A stretch of 43,064 nt of DNA from Verrucomicrobiota bacterium. GTDB taxonomy: Bacteria > Verrucomicrobiota > Verrucomicrobiia > Opitutales > Opitutaceae. Positions 12,301-20,300 of this stretch are shown in pieces. Positions within the stretch are counted from its first letter, which is position 1, and each line of letters starts with the position of its first letter. The stretch lies in the NCBI GenBank assembly GCA_030832235.1, contig JAURJO010000361.1, forward strand, positions 1 to 43,064, given 5' to 3'. The position numbers and the translations under genes are program-made. Under the pieces are notes generated by a model. That model was given only the letters and a program-made list of their open reading frames with translations, was not told where the DNA came from and did no database searches.

Positions 12301-14328
12301 CAAGCGCCCGCCGTAAAGCAGCGCCCCCCAGATTTCCCACACCGAAAAATCGAAGGCCGCCGAGTGGAAAAACGTCCACACGTCACTCGGGTTAAAATCA
12401 TACCACACCTCCGTCGCCGTGAAGAGGCGGAGCACGTTGCGATGCGTGACGATGCAGCCCTTCGGCCGACCCGTGGAGCCGGACGTGTAAATCACGTAGG
12501 CCGGATCTTCGGGGGAGTTGACCACCGGGAGCGGCGCACAGTCCTCTGCCTCCGCGGGAAACAGGCAGGACGCATCGAGCTCGAGCCGCATGACCATCGG
12601 GTTGCTCAGCCGGGAGGAAAGCTCGCCCGAGGTGATGATGACCGGGATCGCGCTGTCATCGATCGTGTAGTCGAGGCGGTCATCCGGATAGATGGGATCA
12701 AGCGGCAGATACGCCCCGCCGGCCTTGAGAATGCCCAGCAGGCCGACGAGGAGCGGCGCATCACGTTCGAGGAAGAGGCCCACCAAGGTCCCGCGCTGAA
12801 CGCCGAGGCCGCGCAGTTGCTGCGCGATGGCATTCGCCGCCCGATCAAGCTGGGCATAAGTAAGCGTGCCCGACTCCGACGACAGCGCGATCCCGTCGGG
12901 GGTCGTCGCCGCCTGGCGCGCGAACCACGCGTGCAGGCTGCCGTCGCGCAAATCCTCCACCGGCGCCGGCGGCGCCGAGGCCGCGAGCACGGCCGCGCGC
13001 TCCGCGCCCGCGACGAGTTCGATCTGCCCGAGGCGCACCCCCGGGCGTCCCAGCGAGAGCAGCACTTGGCGGATGTGTCCGAGCAGGCGCAGCACCGCGT
13101 CCCGCTCGAACCTAGCCGTGTCAAACGAAGTCCGTAGGGTCAGCTTCGGCCCTGGCAGCACATCGATGGTCAGGGGATAGTTGGTCTGCTCAACAAAGTG
13201 TATTTGGCGCGGCTCAAGGTCGCCGAAGCGATGGGAGAGCGCGGCATCCACCGGGTAGTTGATGAAAACAAAAAGGCTCTCGAAGAGCTGCTGCCCGCGG
13301 GGCACGGCGCTCCAGCCTTGGATGTCGCTCAAAGCCGCATGCCCATGCTCCTGCATGGCCACCTGCCGCTCCTGCAGTTCGCGCAGCCACGGACCCGCCT
13401 CCGCGTCGTCGGTCACGGTAACCCGCAGCGGCAACGTGTTGATGAAAAGTCCCACAATGTTCTCCACCCCGGCCAGGTCGGCCGGACGACCGGACACGGT
13501 GACACCGAAGACGATGTCCTCGGCGCTCGCGTAACGACTCAAGACGAGCGCATACGCGCCCTGCGACAGCGTGTTCAGCGTCACCTGTTGATCGCGCGCG
13601 ATCTGCTGCAGGCGGGCCGTGTCGGCCTCGTCGAGCGCAAAGTCGATCACTTCGTGCACCTTGCCGCTCGGGCCGGGGCGATCGACCGTGAGCGGGGTGG
13701 GCACGGAAAAGCCGCGCAGTTGCTCGCGCCAGAATTGCTCGTCGCGCGACGCATCGCGCTTCTGCAACCACTGCAGGTAGGCGCCGAAGGGACGCGCCGG
13801 CGGCAGCTCCGGGGTGCGGCTCGTGCTGAACGCGGCATAGGCCACGCCAAACTCCCGCAACAGCAGCGGCAGGGACCAGCCGTCGAGCAGCAGGTGATGA
13901 TGACTCCAGACGAGTTGCCACACGGTCTCGGAAAGTCGGAGCGTGGCCAGGCGCATCAGGGGCGCGCGATTCGGTTCGAAGCCCCGCCGCCGGTCCTCCG
14001 CCAAAAAGGCGGTCAACTTCTCCGCCTGCTGCGCCGGGCCGAACTCCCGCCAGTCCTCCGTGCGCCACGGCATCTCCAAGGTCCGATGCACGACCTGCAC
14101 CGGCTCACGTTGACCCTTCCAAACAAACGCCGTCCGCAGGATCGGATGCCGCGCCACCAACAGCCGCCAGGTCGCCGCAAACGCCGCCTCGTCGAAGCGC
14201 CCGTGCAGCTCACAGGTGAGTTGCTCAAAATAGACCGCCTCGCCTGGTTCAAAGAGGGTGTGAAACAACAGGCCCTTTTGCAGCGGACTAAGCGGGAAAA
14301 TTTCTTCGATGGACGCGGACTTACTCAT
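3313..14328 (-). CDS. NRPS 3, three modules: C(DCL)-A(Thr-like)-T-C(modAA/dehydrating-like)-A(Gln)-T-E-C(DCL)-A(Gly)-T; modules 5-7
   Basis: 3671 aa ORF. C motifs HHHLLLDG, HHAIIDG, HHHLLLDG; E motif HHLVIDAVSWRII; T motifs GGDSIM, GGDSIL, GGHSLL. A codes DFWNIGMVF, DAWQFGLID (Gln) and DIIQWGLIW (Gly-like). Confidence 0.95.
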   Translation of the reverse strand: MSKSASIEEIFPLSPLQKGLLFHTLFEPGEAVYFEQLTCELHGRFDEAAFAATWRLLVARHPILRTAFVWKGQREPVQVVHRTLEMPWRTEDWREFGPAQQAEKLTAFLAEDRRRGFEPNRAPLMRLATLRLSETVWQLVWSHHHLLLDGWSLPLLLREFGVAYAAFSTSRTPELPPARPFGAYLQWLQKRDASRDEQFWREQLRGFSVPTPLTVDRPGPSGKVHEVIDFALDEADTARLQQIARDQQVTLNTLSQGAYALVLSRYASAEDIVFGVTVSGRPADLAGVENIVGLFINTLPLRVTVTDDAEAGPWLRELQERQVAMQEHGHAALSDIQGWSAVPRGQQLFESLFVFINYPVDAALSHRFGDLEPRQIHFVEQTNYPLTIDVLPGPKLTLRTSFDTARFERDAVLRLLGHIRQVLLSLGRPGVRLGQIELVAGAERAAVLAASAPPAPVEDLRDGSLHAWFARQAATTPDGIALSSESGTLTYAQLDRAANAIAQQLRGLGVQRGTLVGLFLERDAPLLVGLLGILKAGGAYLPLDPIYPDDRLDYTIDDSAIPVIITSGELSSRLSNPMVMRLELDASCLFPAEAEDCAPLPVVNSPEDPAYVIYTSGSTGRPKGCIVTHRNVLRLFTATEVWYDFNPSDVWTFFHSAAFDFSVWEIWGALLYGGRLVVVPYFTSREPAAFCDLLIRERVTILNQTPSAFRQLMKAEEQVADPRALSLRYVIFGGEALEFASLRSWFERHGDTQPTLVNMYGITETTVFTTYRPLSRADAYEGRGSFIGQPIVDTPLLVLDVRGHLCPIGVPGELNVAGVSLAVGYLNRPELTAQRFVPDPHGVSANGKLYRSGDLARRMADGDLDYLGRIDDQVKIRGFRIELGEIENVLLMHPEVREAVVLARADAPGAEKRLVAYVVPRGEERLTVEVMRDHLLTRLPEYMVPSALVGLDAFPLTANGKIDRRALPEPSGLLAEVSAEHVEPRTERERILAEIWSSTLGVERVGVTASYFALGGDSIMGITVCSRARERGIEFSLQDLFEKQTIAELAAEPAAAESAVELTTAESAGETQAGASLPPFALLTADDRARLPEGLEDAYPVTRLQAGMLFHSQAASGGALYHDVFSHHLRGPLDLGALQQELDALVQRHAVLRTSFDLAAFSEPLQLVHGRAGWPLVSGDIPHLPPPAQEEWLDRFVHDEAQRTFDWSRPPLARAYVHRRGPEEFQFTLALHHAIIDGWSLASLLTELFVRYLARIGRGEPPAATAAIPVGYRDYVALERAALADAATRRFWAETLDGAELLELPGPGDGTRARAGVVQRPLVLPAALAAALTRTAESLGVPLKSVLLAAHARVLAALGGRDDIVTGLVTNGRPEVAGSERIVGLFLNTVPLRVALDRVDTWADLVRSVFAAEKALLPHRWLPLAEMQKRQGGGPLFTTDFNFVNFHVYDALGGLQALERLDTRAQEETNFTIAVNFGVDPNDGSLGGMAACDGGALDARLIEALPTLFGRVLEAIATTPTAAWRTLSLLPDAPRTALLAEEAGEMGEFADEGILIAALVSAQAARTPAAPAVVADEGTLSYDELERRANQLAHWLRGRGVGRDDRVAIAMERSTHLVVALLGVLKAGAAYVPIDPAYPAGRVAEMLTDSGARLVLAESAAFAVGAVAWGATWPEIAREPVTVPAVEILGAQLAYVIFTSGSTGGPKGVAVSQAALVNHMAWMQAAFPLSAEDAVLQKTPVSFDASVWEFWAPLVAGARLVMARPGAQHDPAMLAEIVRAQGVTVLQLVPSVLDFFIEEAVRSPVPGLRRVFSGGEALRTATRDRFLTALPDVALINLYGPAEATIDATFERCAPEGEVSLGSPVANAEVFLLSANLEPVLPGVVGELWIGGAPLARGYLDQPALTAERFLPHPFAREPGARLYRTGDLARCDEDGRLRFVGRRDGQIKIRGQRVELGELESRLAALPGVTAAAAAVHDGANGARRIAAYVVASSDFNEAAALAALRADLPEALVPATIGRLDRMPLTLGGKLDRRALPASDAVTPTEGGPRTAPRTEVERAMAQAWGRTLAVREASLEDDFFQAGGDSILSLRLVSLLAQAGWRLRAGDVFTSPTLGGLAALARPLSATAPELHFDPADIPLTPIQREFFALASPIPGYWNQAVAVTTRPEVGLAALRAAWRVVLSRHAAFRLRFTRGAGGWKQYLVETAEAVPDLIEIPAPAPGASALAAAMAREAAALQQSLDLAAGPLVRACWIPGVDGGSGRLIAVAHHLVIDAVSWRIIFAEVAAGLLGEAVPPAAVAFPAWAAAAARRDFAAAREFWQAEAARAAVPLPSDFPAGVADNHEREAAAVAMTLARADTTVLLERAGVVARSRIDEMLLSALLAAVQDWTGRAAVRVNLESHGRDALGETIDVSRTVGWFTALYPVTLAATPAASPPERLAAVKESVRAATAHGAAYGWLRHAAGGDALAAPAEISFNYLGRLDLALEAEGPFAAAAEPIGPDHAPESPRAHALDVMAAVGHDGLRIECIFGTRRHQRATVERLLARMLRELGDLAAQLRAASAVRWTAAPSDFPLAQLDQSQLTTVLAERADVEDIWTLAPLQEGMLVHAQHEGVAGVYTQQLVIEIAGEVDEARLRAAWETVMRRHAILRVAFAWEGMPGARQVVASAVEMDWTTLDWTTRPTAEREAAWAAWLGEDRHRGFDLSRAPLWRVAWARFGPTTGRLVFTHHHLLLDGWSLPLLLRDLKLAWSRQSLPPGASYRDFVTWLARREPAAAEAFWRRYLAGAAEAPALALGERPTPAAPGGPSHASAKVVLEGPAQAALLRFVRQSGLTLSTCVQAAWGLVLSRHLGVDEAVIGVVVSGRPEDLPGADGIVGLFINTLPLRVPAASGEPVHAWLRRLQEDNVALRAHQASRLVDVLGWSGLPRGRPLFETALVFENYPLGAAKEGSAAGLRFGRISAHEQTNFPLTVYAEPGEHLALRFDYAVDRFKEETIRAVAEQMRHVLAMLATEADLPVEALPLVAADEARRLAVSGDSAVRSEWDRRAVHLRVAEQARLAPDAAAIVACGVEDAEAATLTRGELEARAARLARLLATRGAGPGRLVGVCLERSPEMVVALLAILKTGAAYVPLDPGFPLARLQAMQEESGLRLVVTAHPLADRPGLFPAGVERVLIDTAAAAPPAAPENFAAHLSRADELAYVIFTSGSTGRPKGVQVTHGALANVLGHFAESPGIVEKDTMLAVTTLSFDIAGIELFLPLVAGARLALASRETAADAPRLVAALAQSGATLLQATPATWRLLLTVAWRPSTALQAWCGGEALPTDLAAAWLERGCHLWNLYGPTETTIWSTARRITTPAEAAFVGAPIAHTTVRIFDAGLNPVPSGVAGQLFIGGEGLARGYLGRPDLTAEKFVPDPFGAPGARLYATGDLVRRTAAGELEFLGRIDQQVKLRGFRIELGEIETALRLHPGVTGAAVAVREDRPGAKRLVGYLVAAPALDLVALGAALRERLPDYMVPAVFVNLPQLPLTPNGKLDRRALPAPVGAADATDFVAPRDEVEKAVATVMQEVLEVARVGAFNSFFDLGGHSLLAAQVLARLRQVFQIELPLRVFFETATPERVARALVAAEPAAGRARRTAQVWLQVRALSPEECARLLAQRRGGSA

Positions 14329-14344
14329 GGAGTGGGCAAAGAGA

Positions 14345-17300
14345 CTAGCGCGGATCGGGATCCGCGAGATCGGAAAGGAGCGCCTCGAGCTCGCTTGCGT
14401 CGAGCTGGACGTGGGAGAAATCGGACGGAGTCGGCGCCCCGGATTCCGTCGCCCGGCAATGCGCCAGCAACGCCCTCACCTGCGCGACGAATTGCTCGGC
14501 GAGCCGCTCGATGGTCGCGCGTTGGTGCACGCGGTTGCTGAAGAGCCAGTTAATCTTCAACCGCCGGTCCGTCACCATGGCGTTGATGTCAATCAGGTGC
14601 ACGCGATAGCCGAGCGGGCTGAGGTCCGGGCCCGTCGGCAAATCGAGGAGCGCGAAGGGCGCGTCGGGCCCCAGCGTGTTATCCGTCTGGCCGAGATAAT
14701 TAAAGCAAAGCTCCGGTCGGGGAAGCGCCGCCAACTCCGCGCGCACCGCCGGGTCCGCGCTCAGGTGCGAGAGCAGCCCGAAGCCCGTGCCGTGACGCGG
14801 CACCCCGCGCAGGCTTTCCTTTACCGCGACCAACAACTCGCGCGCCCCCGCCGCCGCCGGCGCCTCAAGCCGGTAGGGATACAGGCTGGTGAACCAACCC
14901 ACGGTGCGCGAAACGTCGATCGCCTCCCCGAGCGCTTCCCGGCCGTGGTTCTCCAACAAGATCACACTCGCCGCCCGCCCGGTCCACGCGGCGAGGGTCG
15001 CCGCCAACGCCGCGAGGAGCACTTCATCCGCCCGCATCCGATACACCGCCGATGCCTCCCGCAACAGCGCGCGCGTTTCGTCGGCCTCCAACTCCACCGC
15101 CACGCGCTCCATCGCCGCGACCGCGCGCGCCTCCGCGACATCCGCGAGGTCGCGCGGCAGGTCCGCCTTCGCCGGCGCGAGCGCCCGCCAATAACTCAAC
15201 TCCGCCCGGCCCTCCGCCGTCTGCGCACGCTCCCCGAGCGCGCGCGACCACGCACCGAAGGTGCCGTTGGGCGCCGCCAGCCGAATCACTTCGCCCGCCT
15301 CAACCTGCGCGCAGGCGGACGCGAGATCCGTGGCCAAAATCCGCCACGACACCCCGTCCACCACCAGGTGATGGATCGTCAGGAAGAGCCTCGGGTATGC
15401 GCCGCCCTCCCCCACAAAATACGCGGCCCGCCACAGCGGCCCGTTCATCAGATCCAGGCTCGCCTGCAGTCGCGTCGCGACCGCCTCCAACTGCGCCGCC
15501 GGGTGCACCGGGAGGTCCGGCACCGGTTCCGCCTCTCCGTAACGCTGACTCCATTCCCCGTCCGGTGAGCAATGGAATCGCAGACGGAACGCCCCATGCC
15601 GCGCCACCACCGCCGCCAGCGCGCGGCCGATCGCCTCCGGTTTCGGCGAGGTGCGTAGCTCGAGCACGATCGTTTGATTCCAATGCTGCGCCTCGGGCTG
15701 CCGCTGCGCGAAGAACCAGTGCTGGATCGGCGTGAGCGGCACTTCCCCGGTCTCCGTCTGGTCCTGCCCTCCGCCCGCCGCCCGCGTCGCGACCGCCGCC
15801 TGCCCACGAATCGTCGGCGACGCGAAGATCTGCCGCGGGGTCAGGGCGTAACCCGCCTGGTGGGCGCGCGCGACGATCTGCAGGCTGAGAATGGAGTCGC
15901 CGCCCAGTTCAAAAAAATTGTCGTCAGGCCGCACGTCCGGCACGCGCAACACGTCGCGCCAAATCGAGGCCAACAATCGCTCCACGTCGCCGGCCAACCA
16001 CGGAGTCTCCGTCCCCTCGGCCACGGCCGTTTCCGCCCAAGCGGTCGGGGGCGGCAGCGCCCGGCGATCAATCTTGCCCGCCGCATTCAACGGCCACGCC
16101 GTGAGCACGATCACCTGCCGCGGCACGAGATACTCCGGCAGTCGCGCCGCGAGATGCGCCCGCAACTGCGCGGGCGGCGGGTTCTCCCCGCTCCGCGCCA
16201 GCGCATACGCCACGAGGAATTTACCCCCGCGCTCATCCGCCACCGCCACAACCAGCGCGCCCGCCACGCCGGCATGCGCCGCGAGCACGGCTTCAACCTC
16301 CCCGGGCTCCACGCGGAAGCCGCGAATCTTCACCTGATCGTCCACGCGTCCGAGGAATTCGATGCGCCCGTCCGCCCGCACGCGGCCGAGGTCGCCCGTG
16401 CGATACGCCCGCGCCCCCGGCGTCGTCCCCCGCGGATCCGGGACGAAACGCTCCGCCGTCAGTTCGGGACGCCCGAGGTAGCCGCGCGCGACCCCCACCC
16501 CGCCGACCCAAATTTCCCCGGGCACACCGATCGGCGAGAGCTCGCCGGCAACGTCCACGACGTAAGCCGTCAGATTGGCGATCGGACGCCCGAGGGTGAC
16601 CTCACCGGCCCCGGCTTCCACCTCCTCCATCGTCGCGCAGACCGACGTCTCGGTGGGCCCGTAGGCGTTGAACAACACGCGGTCCTTCGACCAAGCGCGG
16701 TAAAGCTCCGGGCTCGCCGCCTCGCCGGCCATGAGGAGCGTGCGCAGGCTGGGAAAATCCGTCGGCGACAACACCGCCAGCAACGCCGGGGGCAGCGTCG
16801 CATGGTCGATGCGCGCGTCCCGCAACTGCCGGGCAAACTCCTCCGGCGTTGGCACCGTCTCTCGCGGCTCCAGCCACAGCGCCGCGCCTCCGGCGAGCGT
16901 GAGAAAAATTTCCGACACCGACGCGTCGAAACTGATCGACGCAAACTGCAGCACGCGCTGCCCCGGCCCAACCCGCGTGAGCGCGGCCTGCGCCAGCGCG
17001 AGATTGGCCAGGCCCGCGTGTTCCACCAGCACCCCTTTCGGCCGCCCCGTCGAACCCGAGGTGTAAATCAGGTAAGCAACCTCCGTCGGCTGCACCGGCG
17101 GGAGATCGCCCGCCTTCGCCGCCGGACCGTGCGCGCCAAGATCGCGGTCGATCCGCCACTGCGGCCCGGTGACTTCCGCCGGGGTGCGCGCCGCCCCGAC
17201 CTCGTCAACGACGAGCAACGCCGGGCGCGCATCCGCCAACAGCACCGGAAGGCGCTCCCGCGCATACGACGGATCCACCGGCAGGAAAAAACCGCCCGCC

Positions 17301-20300
17301 CGCAACACGCCGACCATCGCCACAACCAGCTCCGGGCTCTTGTCGAGGCACAGCGCCACCGCATCGCCGCGCCGCACGCCCCGCCCCCGCAGTTCGAGCG
17401 CCACACGACCGGCTCGCTCCCAGAGCTCCGCGTAGCTCAACTCCCGCCCCGGTGCCAGCAGCGCCGCCGCCGTCGGCGCGCGCCGCACCTGCCGTTCGAG
17501 CACGTCCAAAATAGTCTCCGGCCGGTAGTCGAGCCGGGCCGCCTGACCAAAGGCCAATAAGGCCGCCCGCTCCTCCGCTCCCACCGGATCGAGATCGGCC
17601 AAGCGCGCCGCGGTCTTCGCGGTGAGCCCGAGCACGAGGTGCCGCCATTGCTCCAGCAAACGCTCCATCGCCTCGGCCGCAAAGCGTCCGGCGTCGAACG
17701 CGAGGCGCAGGGTGAGGCGCTGCGCGGGCACCACCGCCGCGGTGAGCGGAAAGTTCGTCTGCTCCCGCGTCTGCAAGCCCGAGAATCGCAGGCTCGACGG
17801 CACCTGCCGCAGCGCGTCGTCCCCCGGGTAATTCTCGAACACGAGAATCGATTCGAAGAGCGACTGCCCGCGCCCGACTTCGCTCCAGCCCTGAATCGCG
17901 GCGAGAGGGGTATGCTCAAACTGCCGGGCCTCCGCCTGCGCCTGTTGCAAGGCCTTCAACCACGGCAACACGGCGGCGGTCGGCTCCACCGCCACGCGCA
18001 GCGGCAGCGTGTTGATGAAGAGACCGATCATCTCCTCGACGCCCGCCAGCTCCGCCGGGCGGCCGGCGACCGTCACGCCAAACACCACGTCCCTTCCCAG
18101 GCCGAGGCGTTGCAGCAGCACCGCCCACGCGCCTTGAAAAACCGTGTTCAACGTCAGCCCGTGACTCCGCGCCCACGCCCGCAAAGCCTCGCTCTCGCCC
18201 GCGCTCAGCGCCCGCTCCGCCGCCCCGGGCTCGCCCGCGACGGCCACGACAGCCGGACGCGGCAAACGCAGCTCCGGCACGCCCGCGAAACCGGCCAACT
18301 GCCGCCGCCAAAACGACTCCGCCGCCCCGAGGTCCTGTCGCCCCAACCAGTCGATGTAATCGCGGTAGGGCCGCGCCGGCGGCGGCACCGTCGTCGCCGC
18401 ACCGCCGCGCCGTTCGTAGTCGCCGAGCACGTCGCGAAACACCAGCGGCAGGCACCAGCCATCGAGCAAAATGTGGTGATGGCTCCACAACCAACGCCAG
18501 CGATCGGGTCCCACGCGAATCAACGCCAGGCGCATCAGCGGCGCCTGCCCAAAATCGAAACCGGTCACACGATCTTCCGCCAACAACGCCGCCCACGCCG
18601 CCGCCCCATCACGCGGTGCTTCCGCTCCGCTCCAGTCCAACTCGCGCCACGGCATGCGCACCGCCGACAGCGTCTCCTGCCGCGGCTCCGCCACCTCGCG
18701 CCAATGAAAACGTGAACGCAGGCCCGGATGCCGCTCGAGCAGTCCGTCCCACGCCGCCCGAAACTCCGTCGGCCGCAGGGCTCCCTCCAGCTCGCCCCAA
18801 ACTTGCTCCACATACACGCCCGAGTCCGGCGCATACACGCTCTGGAAAAGCATGCCCACCTGCATCGGACTGAGCGCATAACTGTCGCCCGCCGCCGCGC
18901 TCTTCGCGTTCGGTTGCTCCCCCGCCCCGGCCGCCGCCACCTCCTCCACCGGACGCGCCAGCGCCGCGAGCTGCGCCAAGGTCTCCGCGACGAAGAGGTC
19001 CTTCGCCGCAATCCGCCAACCCGCCTTGGCCGCCAGCGAGACGACTTGGATCGTGAGAATCGAGTCACCCCCGAGCGCGAAAAAGTTATCCCCCGCCCCC
19101 ACCGTCGGCACGCCCAGCACCCGCGACCAAATCTCCGCCAGCGCGCGCTCCGCCGGGGTCGTGGGCGCGAGGTATTCCGCCGCCGCCACCGCGCTGCCAT
19201 CCGGGACCGGCAGGGCGCGGCGATCCAGTTTGCCGTTGTCGGTCAACGGCAGGCGCTCCAGCAGGACAAAAGCCGCCGGCACCATGTAGGCGGCGAGTCG
19301 GGTGCGACAGGCTTCGCGCGCATCCGTCGCCGCCACCACCGCACCGGCTTCCGGCACCAGGTAAGCCACCAGGCGACGCTCCCCGGCCCGATCCTCGCGG
19401 GCCAGCACCACCGCATCCCGCACCCCGGGCACCGCCGCGCGCACGCGCTCGATTTCCCCGAGCTCGATGCGGAAACCACGGATCTTTACCTGCTGGTCCA
19501 TGCGGCCGAGGTATTCGAGGTCGCCATCGCCCAGCCAGCGCGCCAGGTCGCCGGAGCGATAGAGCCGACCCGGGCCGAACGGGTTTCGCACGAAACGCTC
19601 CTCCGTCAGTTCCGGGCGGTTGAGGTAGCCGCGCGCGAGGCCGGCTCCCCCCACCAGCAACTCGCCCGGCACCCCCACCGGCACCGGCTCCAAACGCTCG
19701 TCCACCACGTAGAGGGTGAGGTCCGGTATCCGTTTTCCAATTACACTGCCCCGCCCGCTCAGCGCGTCCGCCCGGCGGATCGGGCGGTAGGTCACGTGCA
19801 CGGTCGTCTCGGTGATGCCATACATGTTGACCATCCGGGGATGCTCGTCGCCGTGCCGGTCAAACCACGGCAACAGGGAACGTGGCTCCAGCGCTTCGCC
19901 GCCAAAAATCACCGTGCGCAGGGCGAGCCCGCCGACCGGGCGCGCAAGCTCCACCGCCTGCAACTGCCGAAACGCGGACGGCGTTTGGTTCAGCACCGTC
20001 ACCCGCTCGGCTTGCAGGAGGTCATGAAAGGCCTCTGGCGTGCGACTCACTTCCTCGCGCACCACCACCAACCGCCCGCCGTAGAGCAACGCGCCCCAAA
20101 TCTCCCACACCGAAAAGTCGAACGCATAGGAGTGAAAAAGGGTCCACACGTCGTCCGCTCCAAAATCAAACCACGCCTCCGTCGCGCGCATGAGACGGAC
20201 CACGTTGGCCTGGGTCACCACGCAACCTTTGGGCCGACCCGTCGAGCCCGAGGTGTAGATCACGTAAGCCGGATCCTCCGCCCCGGCTTCCTCCCCGCCG

